DNA from: Deinococcota bacterium
GTDB taxonomy: Bacteria > Deinococcota > Deinococci > Deinococcales > Thermaceae
DNA length: 64,000 bases
NCBI GenBank assembly: GCA_041695225.1
Contig: JBGFRI010000048.1
Span: forward strand, 1 to 64,000
Direction: 5' to 3'
This document shows positions 9,950-20,198 of the stretch, piece by piece. Position numbers and translations under genes: made by a program. A model generated the notes under the pieces. That model was not told the origin of the DNA, did no database searches, and saw only the letters and a list, made by a program, of their open reading frames with translations. Every line of letters starts with the position of its first letter. Positions within the stretch are counted from its first letter, which is position 1.

Positions 9950-10873
9950 ATGACAACACGTTATGCGGAACTGGCCTTCACCGGACCAGCCACTTTTTTC
10001 AAAGCCCCATCCCAACCGCTTCTGGGCGACTGGCAGGCCGATGTAGGGCTTCTGGGCATCCCCTACGATTTTGCTGTGGGCTACCGCCCCGGAGCCCGCT
10101 TCGCCCCAGGGGCTCTGCGCGAAGCCTCGGGCCGCTTTGCGCCCGGGCCGGAAGGCTACTTCGACTTTGAGACCGAGAGCTACCGTTTCCAGGGCCTTAC
10201 CCTGGTGGACGCCGGCGATGTAGACCCCGCCCAGCTGGAATACCAGGAGTCCTTTCGCCGCATCACCGAGGCTGCTTTAGCCTTGCGCCAGCGGGCCAGG
10301 CTGCCGGTTTTTGTTGGCGGCGACCACTCGGTGAGCTATCCGATTCTGCGAGCCTACCACGACCTGGACGAATTGTATGTGGTGCAACTTGACGCTCACC
10401 TGGACTACTCAGAAAGCCGCAATGGCACCCGCTTTGCCAACTCGAGCCCTTTCCGTCGGGCGGTGGAGTATCTGCCTGGACTCAGACACCTGACCCAGAT
10501 AGGACTGCGCGGCCTAAGGACAAACCCCGAAGCCTACCAGGCGGCCAGGGCCCGGGGTCATACCCTGATCAGCGCACGTTCAGCTCGAGCCGACCTGGCA
10601 GGGGTTCTGGCCCAGTTGCCCATAGGCAAGAAGGTCTACATCAGCTTCGATGTAGATGTGCTGGACCCCTCGATTCTGCCCGGCACCAGCAGCCCGGAGG
10701 TGGAGGGTCTGGCCTTTGGCGAGGCGGTGCAGGTGGTGCAGCGAACCATAGAGCAAAACCAGCTGGTTGGCTTCGACTTGGTAGAGCTGGCGCCAAACCT
10801 GGATAGCAGTGGGCTGAGTGCGCTGGTAGGGGCCAGGCTGCTGGCGGAGGTGCTGTGCTCGAGCTGGGCCTAG
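9950..10873 (+). CDS. Ureohydrolase (agmatinase/arginase family)
   Basis: GARFAP, GGDHS, DAHLD, SFDVDVLDP, DLVELAP metal-binding motifs. Confidence 0.88.
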   Translation: MTTRYAELAFTGPATFFKAPSQPLLGDWQADVGLLGIPYDFAVGYRPGARFAPGALREASGRFAPGPEGYFDFETESYRFQGLTLVDAGDVDPAQLEYQESFRRITEAALALRQRARLPVFVGGDHSVSYPILRAYHDLDELYVVQLDAHLDYSESRNGTRFANSSPFRRAVEYLPGLRHLTQIGLRGLRTNPEAYQAARARGHTLISARSARADLAGVLAQLPIGKKVYISFDVDVLDPSILPGTSSPEVEGLAFGEAVQVVQRTIEQNQLVGFDLVELAPNLDSSGLSALVGARLLAEVLCSSWA

Positions 10874-11069
10874 GCCTTTGTCCTTGCCCACAGGGTCAAA
10901 GCCGGCCAGCCGCGAGAGCTGGTAGGTGGATAACGCCAGGCTGCGTAACTACTCAGGAGTTGCCCATCCGTCCCAAGGGACCCCGGAGCATGAAGCGGGG
11001 GGCTGACGCTCCACAATAGATGTCGCAGGTCGCAGGTCGAAAGCCAAAAAGACCTGAGACTTGAGACGC

Positions 11070-11206
11070 TTTATAAAAGCCAGAATCCAGAATCGAAGAA
11101 GTACAGGCTTCCAGTAACTTGCTGACTTCTTCGAGAAGGGGCATTAACTGTAAAGTATCACCATAGCCAAGATCTTTCGCCAGAATCAGGCTGGGTCCCT
11201 TTTCAT
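11070..11206 (-). pseudogene. Internally deleted four-helix-bundle (23S rRNA IVP-like) gene flanked by heptamer repeats
   Basis: ATG at 11206 gives MKRDPA, then out of frame LILAKDLGYGDTLQLMPLLEEVSKLLEACTSSILDS, resembling the family C-terminus; heptamer arrays at 11022-11068 and 11207-11240. Confidence 0.6.
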
Positions 11207-11267
11207 TCTGACTCCTGAATGCTGGCTCCTGACTCCTGAGTAGTTACCAGGCTGCTACAAATGACAC

Positions 11268-11723
11268 TCACTTCCCGGCCAGGGCTAGTATTTTTTCCGC
11301 CACCGGGTTAGATACAGGTATCACCGAAAGGCGGCTGCCCCGGCGGAGCAAAAGGAGCTCGTCGGGGCTGAATTTCTCGCGCAAAAGCTCAAGGGTTAGC
11401 ATGCGCTTGTATTTTTTGACAAACTCCACCCGAACCGTCCACCAGCGCGGGGTATCTTTGCTGCTGGTGGCGTCAAAGTAAGGCGACTGGGGGTCGAACT
11501 GGCTGGGGTCGGCTAGATTGGTTTCTATCACCCTGCATAGGCCCACAATGCCGGGTGGCTCGGCGCTGGAGTGATAGAAAAAAGCCAGGTCGCCCACCTG
11601 CATGGCCTTCAGGAAATTGCGGGCCTGGTAGTTGCGCACCCCGTCCCAGATAGCAGTTTTTTGTTTCCTCAGGTCGTCAATGCTAAATGCCTGGGGTTCA
11701 GACTTGAGCAGCCAGTAGTTCAT
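11268..11723 (-). CDS. EVE domain protein
   Basis: YWLLKSEP, WDGVRNYQARN, FFYHS, RLSVIPV. Confidence 0.93.
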   Translation of the reverse strand: MNYWLLKSEPQAFSIDDLRKQKTAIWDGVRNYQARNFLKAMQVGDLAFFYHSSAEPPGIVGLCRVIETNLADPSQFDPQSPYFDATSSKDTPRWWTVRVEFVKKYKRMLTLELLREKFSPDELLLLRRGSRLSVIPVSNPVAEKILALAGK

Positions 11724-11861
11724 ACCAGCCAGTCTAAAGACTTCTTGCAGAAATGGAGTGTCGCAGGTCTCAGGTCGCAGGTCAAAAGCTATCAGCTATC
11801 GGCTATCGGCCATATGAGGTCGGGCACAAAAAGTCGCCCTCGTTTCTTGTAGTTTATAGGG

Positions 11862-13283
11862 GTGAGGCTCTACCTTGGAAGACAGCCAGTTAAAAACCTC
11901 CCACGCTCGGAACTCGCCCAACCTGCCAGGACTGCTCATGAGTTGCAGGAGCGACTGGGCAGGGGGAAGGTTTTGCAGGATCTGGCCCAGCGGCGCAGTT
12001 ATTCCTTCGACGGCATAGTGATGGGCGTAACCCCTGCGCTGGTGGTCTTGCCTGCCAGCACTGCCGATGTGGTGGAAGTCGTGCGTTTTGCCAACCAGGT
12101 TGGGCTTCCCATGGTGGCGAGGGGCGCGGCCAGTGGCCTGTCGGGCGGGTCGGTTCCGGTGCGGGAATCCATCGTGGTGTCTTTTACCCGCATGACCCGC
12201 CTGGATATTGACCCACAGGGCCGCATCGCCACGGCGCAACCTGGGGTGGTCACGCAGCAGGTGAGCGAGCGGGCTAAGCCCCACGGTCTCACCTACCCTC
12301 CCGACCCTGCCTCCTTACGCACCAGCACCATAGGGGGCAACCTGGCCGAAAATGCCGGTGGGCCGATGTGCTTTAAGTATGGCGTAACCGGCGATTATGT
12401 ACTGGAGCTCGAGTTCGTGGATTTTGCCGGGCAGGTGCATAGGCTGAGGCGTGAGGCCTACGACCTGATCGGTCTGCTGGTGGGCTCCGAAGGGACCTTG
12501 GGCCTGATTACCGAGGCCAGACTGCGCCTGGAGTCCATTCCTCGCTACTCCCGCACCCTGATGGCCATCTTTGCCGAAGTTGGGCAGGCGGCTGAAGCCG
12601 TCTCGCAGGCCATAGCATCCGGGGCTGTGCCCAGCAAGCTGGAATTTGTAGACAACGGTTGTATTAATGCTGTGGAGGACTACCTGAAAATGGGGCTGCC
12701 CCGCCAGGCTGCGGCCATTCTGCTGGTGGATACCGATGGCGACGACCCCTTGATGGTAGAAGAGGAGTTGCACTGGGTGGCCGAAGCCTGCAAAGGGCAT
12801 GGTGCGACTGTGCGCATAGCCCAGGACACCGCCGAAAGCGAGGCCCTCTGGAAGGCTCGCCGGTCCATCTCGCCGGCCATCGGGGCGATCAAGCCCAAGC
12901 GCCTGAATGAGGACATTGCCATCCCGCGCTCGAGCCTTCCCACCGTGGTGCGCACCATCGAGGCCCTGGGGCGGCAGTACGGCCTGCGGGTGGTGCAGTT
13001 TGGGCACATCGGCGACGGCAACCTGCACCCCAACGTCATGTTCGACCCTCAGGAAGACTCAGAAGAAAAAGTCTGGGAGCTGCTACACGAGATTGCGCGG
13101 GTGGCACTACGGCACGGTGGGGTGCTCTCGGGAGAACACGGCATCGGGATTATGAAGCGCGACTTTATGTCCGAAGCCCTAGACCCCGAAACACTTGACG
13201 CCCTGCGCTCAGTCAAGGCTGCCTTCGACCCCCAGAACTGCCTGAACCCCGGCAAGGTGTTACCCGAGGCCAGTCCGCCCTAA
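11862..13283 (+). CDS. glcD: FAD-linked oxidase, glycolate/D-lactate dehydrogenase subunit GlcD-like
   Basis: [46 protein letters not shown]; start approximate. Confidence 0.82.
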   Translation: MRLYLGRQPVKNLPRSELAQPARTAHELQERLGRGKVLQDLAQRRSYSFDGIVMGVTPALVVLPASTADVVEVVRFANQVGLPMVARGAASGLSGGSVPVRESIVVSFTRMTRLDIDPQGRIATAQPGVVTQQVSERAKPHGLTYPPDPASLRTSTIGGNLAENAGGPMCFKYGVTGDYVLELEFVDFAGQVHRLRREAYDLIGLLVGSEGTLGLITEARLRLESIPRYSRTLMAIFAEVGQAAEAVSQAIASGAVPSKLEFVDNGCINAVEDYLKMGLPRQAAAILLVDTDGDDPLMVEEELHWVAEACKGHGATVRIAQDTAESEALWKARRSISPAIGAIKPKRLNEDIAIPRSSLPTVVRTIEALGRQYGLRVVQFGHIGDGNLHPNVMFDPQEDSEEKVWELLHEIARVALRHGGVLSGEHGIGIMKRDFMSEALDPETLDALRSVKAAFDPQNCLNPGKVLPEASPP

Positions 13284-13434
13284 GCCTCACTGCTTCATCT
13301 ACTCCTGGACTGTTAGATAACCAGGGGGAAGCCACCAGTACAGGGGTAACTGCTCTAAAAAGGCCATAGCAAGGTACCCCAAACGTTTTGCGGTTCAATC
13401 CGATCCGTCCACAGCTCCCTTAATTATGAGGAAA

Positions 13435-13472
13435 ATCCCCTGCCCCCTTGATAAGGGGGGTTGGGGGGATTG
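13435..13472. repeat. C-run/G-run REP-like hairpin (CCCCCTTGATAAGGGGGG type)
   Basis: atcccctgcccccttgataaggggggttggggggatt; similar motifs at 35567-35740. Confidence 0.55.
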
Positions 13473-13524
13473 ATGTGTCGGCGCCCACGGGGTTTTTATA
13501 CTTTGGATCACCTATATTGCCGCA

Positions 13525-13944
13525 CTATGTATCAGTTGTCTTTCCCTGCACCAGGATGGACTCGATGAATTTTATAGCATCCTGAGCATCAACAAACCGG
13601 GGTTTTCGGCCCGCAAACCAGGTATCAAGCCCCTGATGATCGAGGTTTTCCAGGCTGCCCGGCTCACCCAGGATGATCTTGTGGTCGCCGTCGTTGACCC
13701 AGACCATACCCAGTACCTCGCCCTCCAGTAAAGTGCCGGGAGCAGCGGGCTGTCTGCCGGTCCAGATTGCGTCGAGCGCTGCTCCGTCGGCCGGGTTGAG
13801 GTAGCCTGGAATCTGACCGTAATTTACCGGAGGCACCTCCCACCCAGCCGGACGAGGTGGGGCTTTCACGATGAGCTTTTCACCGTCCCAGTCGAAGCGC
13901 TGCTGGCTTCCCAGGCTCCACTCGACAATCATGGTCAGCCTCAT
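13525..13944 (-). CDS. Short, divergent family I inorganic pyrophosphatase-like protein
   Basis: PVNYGQIP, ADGAALDAI, NDGDHKII; ATGA overlap with mgtE stop. Confidence 0.7.
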   Translation of the reverse strand: MRLTMIVEWSLGSQQRFDWDGEKLIVKAPPRPAGWEVPPVNYGQIPGYLNPADGAALDAIWTGRQPAAPGTLLEGEVLGMVWVNDGDHKIILGEPGSLENLDHQGLDTWFAGRKPRFVDAQDAIKFIESILVQGKTTDT

Positions 13945-15302
13945 AGGTTTAAAAGCCAGCGGGCGATGCTCAGGTAAGTTAGTACGCCTATCACGTCAAT
14001 GCTGGTGGTGATGAGCGGGTTGGAGATAAGGGCAGGGTCGAGCCTTAATCGCCTGAGGATAAGCGGGAGCATCGCCGCGACGATATTGGCCAGTAGCACC
14101 ACCAGGCCTAGTGATATGCCCACCACCAGTAACAGCTGGTGATTGCCATCAATCAGCACTTTTATGGATATCAACGCGGCCAGGGTCAGGCTCAGCAGCA
14201 ACCCCACCCCAAGTTCTTTACGCAGTATTTTCCACCAGTCACCTGGCCCCACATCGTGGGTTGCCAGCGCCCTGATAATCATGGTAGCGGCCTGGTTTCC
14301 AGTATTACCGCCAGTACCCACCAGGACGGTAATATAAAATGCTAGCGCGGTTACGGCCTCCAGCACCGATTCAAAGCCAGCCAGAATGTTGACGCTTATA
14401 CTGCCGGCGACAATCATGATGACCAGCCAGCGAACCCTGGCGCTCCATAGCTCCCAGACGTTAGATGTGCTGTAGACCAGGTCTGGCGATTCCACCGCTC
14501 CTAGCCGGTAGATGTCTTCGGTGGCTTCTTGCTCGATCACATCTACCACATCGTCAATAGTTACGATCCCGACCAGTTTTTTGTCCTCGTCCACCACGGG
14601 CAACACCGTAAAGTTGTAGTCGGCCATCAGCCTGGCCACGGCTTCCTGGTCGGTATCATCGCGCACAAAGATCACATCGGGGTTCATAATTTCCGAGACC
14701 CTGGTCTTGGGGTCGGCCACAATTAAGTCGCGCAGCGTGAGCACCCCTTCTAGCTGTTCTGCTTCGTCTACCACATAAATTACATAAATCTGTTCGGCGT
14801 CGGGTGCTTCGCGGCGAAGAAAGCGAAAGACTTCTTCCACCCGCATGGTATTGCTCACTGCAATGTACTCCGAGGTCATGATGCCCCCGGCTTCGTCCTC
14901 GTCGTACTCGGTTAGTTCTTCTACCTCGGCGCGGGTCTCGGGGTCGAGCTGGCGCAACAAAGCCTCGGCCTGGTCTGGGTTTTCTTCCTCAACCGCGTTG
15001 ATGGTGTCGGCCAGGTCGTCAAGCGAGAGTTCTTCCAGCAACTCTTTGACCCGCCAGGGCGGCAGGGCCTCGAGCAATTCGGCCTGTTCGGCCTCCTCGA
15101 GGTGGCTGAAAACCTCCGCCGCATCGGTAGGGGAGAGCAGGGTCAGGATGGGCAGGCGGTGTTCGGGGGCAAACTCCGACCAGTGCTCCAGAATCTGTGC
15201 GGGATACAGCTCGTCCAGAGCAGCCTTGACTTTGGCAGCATCGCTGTCGTCCAGGGCATTTGTGAGCGCGTCTAACCCAACTAAGGTTTTCGTGTCGTAC
15301 AT
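13941..15302 (-). CDS. mgtE: Magnesium transporter MgtE
   Basis: Acidic N-domain, CBS pair (AGGIMT, GIVTIDD), GTGGNTGNQA, DPALISNPLITTSID; AAGGAGG before ATG at 15302. Confidence 0.95.
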   Translation of the reverse strand: MYDTKTLVGLDALTNALDDSDAAKVKAALDELYPAQILEHWSEFAPEHRLPILTLLSPTDAAEVFSHLEEAEQAELLEALPPWRVKELLEELSLDDLADTINAVEEENPDQAEALLRQLDPETRAEVEELTEYDEDEAGGIMTSEYIAVSNTMRVEEVFRFLRREAPDAEQIYVIYVVDEAEQLEGVLTLRDLIVADPKTRVSEIMNPDVIFVRDDTDQEAVARLMADYNFTVLPVVDEDKKLVGIVTIDDVVDVIEQEATEDIYRLGAVESPDLVYSTSNVWELWSARVRWLVIMIVAGSISVNILAGFESVLEAVTALAFYITVLVGTGGNTGNQAATMIIRALATHDVGPGDWWKILRKELGVGLLLSLTLAALISIKVLIDGNHQLLLVVGISLGLVVLLANIVAAMLPLILRRLRLDPALISNPLITTSIDVIGVLTYLSIARWLLNL

Positions 15303-15376
15303 CTGCGGCCTCCTTCGGTTTTCGGCTCCGGGCCGAATCTTGGAAGGAAGCGCCGTGACACACGGTTTGTCGAGGA

Positions 15377-15433
15377 TTAGCCAGGGTGGGAGCACACCGG
15401 GCGAAATCTTCGACTAGAACTGTGATCTTCCAC
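15377..15433 (-). CDS. Candidate mgtE leader peptide (MEDHSSSRRFRPVCSHPG)
   Basis: AGGAGG-CACC-GTG start, 18 codons, TAA ending 74 nt before the mgtE ATG. Confidence 0.4.
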   Translation of the reverse strand: MEDHSSSRRFRPVCSHPG

Positions 15434-15545
15434 GGTGCCTCCTGAACCTTGCGCCTTGAACCCTGTGTTCTTGGACTCGCAAGTTAGCAAAACTGCCTAA
15501 AGTAGAGTAGCACCCAAATCCAATCGAGGCAAGCAAATCTGGGCC

Positions 15546-15842
15546 TCAGTCGAATGCTACGTCTGGATTCACACTGGAATGGACGAGCGAGAATACCAGT
15601 ATTTCCTCTCGCTCGGCATCTATGAAATATCCAAGCCTGTACTCGCCAATCTTGAGCAGCCGTGCGTCGTCGCGGTAGTGCGAGCTTCTTTTGTGTCTTG
15701 GAGCAGACTCAGGGGACATTTCTAGCTGTTCAATGGCCCGGTTAACGGCCACTTTCAGGCGTGCCATGGCAGCTTCGCTATCCTGGGCCAGGAGGGTTCG
15801 AAGGTACTGCTCTCTGGCTGCGGAAAGCCACCGGGCCTTCAC
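15546..15842 (-). CDS. RelE/ParE family toxin
   Basis: 98 aa; AIEQLEMSPESAP, RLLKIGEYRLGYFI, ILVFSLVH; overlaps antitoxin stop. Confidence 0.8.
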   Translation of the reverse strand: MKARWLSAAREQYLRTLLAQDSEAAMARLKVAVNRAIEQLEMSPESAPRHKRSSHYRDDARLLKIGEYRLGYFIDAEREEILVFSLVHSSVNPDVAFD

Positions 15843-16174
15843 TTCTGGTCACCACGGTCTTTCAGGATAGCCTCAAGCTCGGCCTCAAACTCTTCGCGCT
15901 TGCGGAGCTTACTCATGAGCTCCAGGTGGGGGATAGGTGTTTCTTTCCCTTTGTACAGGTCAATCATCCCCTCGGCTAGCTGGCGCAGTTCCACGATACT
16001 GGCCCGCAGGTCTTCATACTCCTGTACGCTCAGCACCACTGCCGCAGCCCGCCCGTTCTGAGTTACCACAATGGCCTTGTCTGGCTCCTGCTTCAAGCTG
16101 GCGATGATGGCAGAGGCATTTGCCCGGAACTCGGATAGCGGAATCAGGTCTCTGGATAGCAAGGTCTTGGCCAT
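15839..16174 (-). CDS. Phd/YefM family antitoxin
   Basis: IPLSEFRANAS, IVVTQNGRAAAVVLSVQEYE; start MAKTLL. Confidence 0.9.
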   Translation of the reverse strand: MAKTLLSRDLIPLSEFRANASAIIASLKQEPDKAIVVTQNGRAAAVVLSVQEYEDLRASIVELRQLAEGMIDLYKGKETPIPHLELMSKLRKREEFEAELEAILKDRGDQK

Positions 16175-16181
16175 AGGGTTA

Positions 16182-16201
16182 TTGTACAAAATGTTGTGCA
16201 A
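16182..16201. promoter_or_regulatory. TA autoregulatory operator: two palindromes overlapping the -10 box
   Basis: TTGTACAA (16182-89) and TTGTGCAA (16194-201), 12 bp centre to centre; minus-strand TACAAT 6 nt before ATG. Confidence 0.65.
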
Positions 16202-16471
16202 CACCCGGTAGATGGAATGTCTCAGGTCTCAGGTCGCAGGACAAATAAAGGCCTAAGGCTTTTAGCTTTCAACTATCGGCCATATGTCGCGTTTGCGTAA
16301 TCTTGCCGGCTACCCACCAAGTACCCTCACTGCTTAGGGCTATGGCCAAACTTGATATTGACACACTCAACGCATTGCTGCTACCCTGGCGGGCGGCCAT
16401 ATGGAAGTGGGCCGGAAATGGCAAAAATAGTATGAGTGGTTTCTTGGGCAGCTCGAGGCTAGACTAACGCT

Positions 16472-17779
16472 ATGTTTGAAACCCTTTCCCAGCGTATTCG
16501 CGCAGCAGTGGACAAGCTGCGTGGGCGTGGTCGCATTAGCGAGGCTGACCTCAAGGCAACCTTGCGCGAGATACGCATCTCGCTGCTGGACGCCGATGTG
16601 AACCTCGAGGTGGCCAGAAGCTTTGTTTCTGCCGTGCAGGAGAAGGCCCTTGGGGCCAAGGTGCTGGAGAGCCTGACCCCTGCCGAGCAAATTCTTACCG
16701 TGGTACACGGGGAACTGGTGCAGATGCTGGGCGGCGAGGCCCGCCAGCCGCTGCTCAAAAACGAGGGCAACCTGTGGTTTATGGTGGGGCTGCAAGGCTC
16801 GGGCAAGACCACCACCTCGGGCAAGCTGGCGCTTTTCTACAAGGCCAAAGGACGGCGCCCCTTGCTGGTAGCCGCCGATACTCAGCGCCCTGCTGCCCGC
16901 CAGCAACTGAGCATACTTGGTCAGAAGATCGGGGTACCGGTGCTGGAGGTGGCCGATGATGAGCGGCCCGAGACCACCCGCCAGCGTTTGCAGCAGCACC
17001 TCACCTTCGAGTACCGCGACCTGGTAATTGTGGACACGGCCGGCCGCCTGCAGATTGACCAGACTCTGATGGACCAACTGGCCCGGCTCAAACAGGTGCT
17101 TGGGCCATCCGAGACCTTGCTGGTAGTGGATAGTATGACCGGCCAGGAGGCTCTGAATGTCTCCAAAACCTTCGACGAGCGCATTGGGGTGTCGGGCCTG
17201 ATCCTGACCAAGCTAGACGGCGACGCTCGGGGTGGGGCGGCGCTCTCGGCCCGGCACGTGACCGGTAAGCCCATCTACTTTGCGGGGGTCTCGGAAAAGC
17301 TCGAGGGTCTGGAGCCTTTCTACCCCGACCGGCTGGCCCAGCGCATTCTGGGCATGGGCGATCTGCAGACCCTGCTGGAGAAGGCCAGGCAGGCCGAGCT
17401 CGAGGCCCCCCAGAAAGACCCCAAAGAAATCACCCTGGAAGACCTGATTACCCAGATGCGCCAGCTGCGCAAGATGGGTGGTTTCGGCGAGATTCTGGGC
17501 ATGATTCCCGGCATGTCTCGCATGATGCCACCGGGTTTTTCGGTAGACGAAAAGCAGGTCAACCGCATGGAGGCTATTGTGCTATCCATGACCCCCAGAG
17601 AACGCCGCGACCCCCGGCTGCTCAATGCCAGCAGGCGCAAGCGCATCGCTTCCGGCTCGGGAACCACCGTGCAGGAGGTCAACCGGCTGATCAAAACCTT
17701 TGAAGAAAGCAAGCAGATGATGAAGACCCTGGCCAAGCAGCAGCAGCGCGGTGGGGGACGGGGGCTTTTTAAGCGTTAG
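16472..17779 (+). CDS. ffh: Signal recognition particle protein
   Basis: [26 protein letters not shown]-domain [11 protein letters not shown]. Confidence 0.98.
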   Translation: MFETLSQRIRAAVDKLRGRGRISEADLKATLREIRISLLDADVNLEVARSFVSAVQEKALGAKVLESLTPAEQILTVVHGELVQMLGGEARQPLLKNEGNLWFMVGLQGSGKTTTSGKLALFYKAKGRRPLLVAADTQRPAARQQLSILGQKIGVPVLEVADDERPETTRQRLQQHLTFEYRDLVIVDTAGRLQIDQTLMDQLARLKQVLGPSETLLVVDSMTGQEALNVSKTFDERIGVSGLILTKLDGDARGGAALSARHVTGKPIYFAGVSEKLEGLEPFYPDRLAQRILGMGDLQTLLEKARQAELEAPQKDPKEITLEDLITQMRQLRKMGGFGEILGMIPGMSRMMPPGFSVDEKQVNRMEAIVLSMTPRERRDPRLLNASRRKRIASGSGTTVQEVNRLIKTFEESKQMMKTLAKQQQRGGGRGLFKR

Positions 17780-17864
17780 GTCTCATCTCACCGGTTGCGG
17801 GTCGCAGGTCACTTGAGATTAGCTCTGCTGCCCAAGACCCGAGACAACCAAAAGGAGTACACAC

Positions 17865-18104
17865 ATGACCAAGATCCGCCTTTCTCGATTTGGCTCCAGA
17901 TCCAACCCACACTACCGCATCGTGGTAGTAGACAGCCGTACCAAGCGCGACGGTGGCTATATCGAGCGCATCGGCTACTACGACCCCCGCAAAACCACCA
18001 AGGACTGGCTCAAGCTAGACCAGGAGCGCGTGCAGTACTGGCTGGGTGTGGGTGCCCAGCCTACCGATACGGTCAAAAAGCTCATCAAGCAAGCCAGCGC
18101 CTAA
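17865..18104 (+). CDS. rpsP: 30S ribosomal protein S16
   Basis: [25 protein letters not shown]. Confidence 0.98.
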   Translation: MTKIRLSRFGSRSNPHYRIVVVDSRTKRDGGYIERIGYYDPRKTTKDWLKLDQERVQYWLGVGAQPTDTVKKLIKQASA

Positions 18105-18181
18105 GCCGGCCGAACGCTAAATGCCGATAGCTTGAAGCCATAGGCTATCGGCTATCCGCTATTCGCTATAAGCTATTCTTT

Positions 18182-18400
18182 ATGAAAGACCTGGTCGAAT
18201 ACCTGGCCAAAGCAGTGGTAGACCACCCGGCCTCCATTCGGGTAGACGAACGCCGGGGCCGGGAGGGTCTGGTCTACTACATCGAGACTCATCCCGAGGA
18301 CAAGGGGCGCATCATCGGGCGGCAGGGCCGCGTGATCGAGAGTATCCGGGTGGTGGTGCGTTCGTTTGCCAAGGGCCGGGTAGGTGTAGAGGTGCGGTAG
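18182..18400 (+). CDS. khpA: KH-domain RNA-binding protein
   Basis: DKGRIIGRQGRVIESIR; conserved position between rpsP and rimM. Confidence 0.9.
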   Translation: MKDLVEYLAKAVVDHPASIRVDERRGREGLVYYIETHPEDKGRIIGRQGRVIESIRVVVRSFAKGRVGVEVR

Positions 18401-18439
18401 GGGAGAGTCGCCAGACGTTAGCCCCTTTGTGGCTTTAGT

Positions 18440-18928
18440 ATGAAACGCATTGAAATTGGGCGTATCGGCAAGTCCTACGGAATGGAGGGCGGCCTAAAGT
18501 TTCGGGGTGAGACGCTGGTTTTCGACCTGGAAAAGGTGTATCTGGAAGGTCTGGGTTACCGGGCCATTGAAGCGATTGAGGAGCACAACAACGAAATTGT
18601 GCTATACCTTTCGGGGGTACAAAACCGCCAGGAGGCCCTGGGCCTGGCCGGGTTGCGGGTCTACACCGATCAGGAAGACCTGCCCGAGCTGAACGAAGGC
18701 GAGTACTACTACTTTGAGCTGATTGGTAGGCCCGTTTTTGTGGATGACCAGCCGTTTGGCGAAGTAGTGGAGGTGGAAGACGGCGTGCAGGACTTGCTCA
18801 TCATCAAAGCCAGGGGCACTTCCTTGCGGGCCCAGAGTAAAACTTATATGGTTCCGCTCCAGGCGCCTTATGTGAAAATTGAAGCCGATGGCATCTACAT
18901 CCAGGCCATACCTGGTCTGCTCGAGTAG
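18440..18928 (+). CDS. rimM: 16S rRNA processing protein RimM
   Basis: IGRIGKSYGMEG, LPELNEGEYYYFELIG, QDLLII, IPGLLE; synteny. Confidence 0.95.
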   Translation: MKRIEIGRIGKSYGMEGGLKFRGETLVFDLEKVYLEGLGYRAIEAIEEHNNEIVLYLSGVQNRQEALGLAGLRVYTDQEDLPELNEGEYYYFELIGRPVFVDDQPFGEVVEVEDGVQDLLIIKARGTSLRAQSKTYMVPLQAPYVKIEADGIYIQAIPGLLE

Positions 18929-19002
18929 TAGCGGGGTTGGCCAGCAGTGCAGCGTTGTTTTTTGACTCCTACCGCTTTTGAACCACGACCTGTCACACCC
19001 CC

Positions 19003-19713
19003 ATGAAATACACCATTCTGACGCTTTTTCCCGATCTGGTACGGCCCTGGACACAGGAGTCCATAGTCCAGAAGGCGGTCGAGAAGGGCCTGATTCAGGT
19101 CGAAATCAGGAATATTCGCGACTATGCTGAAAACAAACACCATACTGTGGACGACACGCCCTACGGGGGCGGCGCGGGCATGGTGATGCGGGCAGACGTG
19201 GTGGTGCGGGCGCTCGAGGCTGCCGGGCCAGCCGATGAGAGAATCCTGCTGACCCCCGCCGGGCAGCCCCTTACCCAGAGGCTGGTCCAGGAGCTGGCTA
19301 CCAGGTCCCACCTGGTGCTGGTCTGTGGGCGCTATGAAGGGATAGACGCGCGGGTGGAACACTTCGTGACCAGGGAAGTCTCAATTGGCGATTATGTCTT
19401 AATGGGGGGTGAGCTAGGGGCACTGGTGATACTCGAGGCCACCGCCCGCCTGATTCCCGGTGTGATCAAGGAAGCAGAAAGCCACCAGCAGGACTCGTTT
19501 TCCACTGGCCTGCTGGACTACCCCCAGTACACCCGCCCTCCTGATTTCAGGGGGCTGGTTGTACCAGAAATCCTGACCTCGGGCCACCACGCCAAAATTG
19601 CCGAGTGGCGTCGCAAGCAAGCCCTGGCACGCACCCGGCAGCGTCGCCCGGACTTGCTGGAAAAAGCAGAGTTAACAGCAAAGGATCTGGTCTGGTTAGA
19701 AGAAGACGATTGA
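19003..19713 (+). CDS. trmD: tRNA (guanine37-N1)-methyltransferase
   Basis: [39 protein letters not shown]. Confidence 0.98.
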   Translation: MKYTILTLFPDLVRPWTQESIVQKAVEKGLIQVEIRNIRDYAENKHHTVDDTPYGGGAGMVMRADVVVRALEAAGPADERILLTPAGQPLTQRLVQELATRSHLVLVCGRYEGIDARVEHFVTREVSIGDYVLMGGELGALVILEATARLIPGVIKEAESHQQDSFSTGLLDYPQYTRPPDFRGLVVPEILTSGHHAKIAEWRRKQALARTRQRRPDLLEKAELTAKDLVWLEEDD

Positions 19714-19848
19714 CCAGCTGTGGCTAGGCTCAAGGAGTCTTGGATCTTTATGCTAAATAGGCGCCTTCGCGGTGGCTTCGGCAAAACTCCCAGGGCCTAT
19801 GCAAGAAAGGGAAGTTTGGTTGTCGGTAACACCATTGACAAAAGGCCT

Positions 19849-19961
19849 GTCATTCTGAGGCCGCCGTTCCCGAAGAATCTGATTGGCCATAAAGGTGGTT
19901 GCGTATCGGGCAGCACAACGCATAAGATTCTTCACTGCGCTAGCGCTCCGTTCAGAATGAC
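19849..19961. repeat. Large palindromic REP-like element (GTCATTCTGA..GAAGAATCT / AGATTCTTC..TCAGAATGAC)
   Basis: Two nested inverted-repeat pairs; the left flank 19815-19860 resembles the reverse complement of ~31105-31150. Confidence 0.75.
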
Positions 19962-20040
19962 CACGGCTTTGTAGCTTGGGTCGACGACCAATTACGCCCA
20001 ACACACTGTTACCTAAGGCCTTTTCAAAAGCCTTTTTGCT

Positions 20041-20069
20041 TTGACAACTCCGCCCTCGGCTGATAGAAT
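20041..20069 (+). promoter_or_regulatory. Sigma-A promoter of rplS
   Basis: TTGACA-17 nt-TAGAAT, about 130 nt upstream of the rplS ATG. Confidence 0.8.
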
Positions 20070-20198
20070 CACAACTTGCTGACCTGTCCCGAGTATCTGC
20101 GCTGCGGATACGCTACAGGGCAAAAGTCCATGAACCCGCAGTGTTTGCCTCTGGCAAAAGGCGTATGAGTAGGTTCCGCTGGAGTAAGGAGTCAGACC

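Noticed and set aside
15303..15500. M-box (ykoK) riboswitch upstream of mgtE
   Set aside because: Conserved M-box sequence blocks were not recognisable; a uORF model is reported instead.
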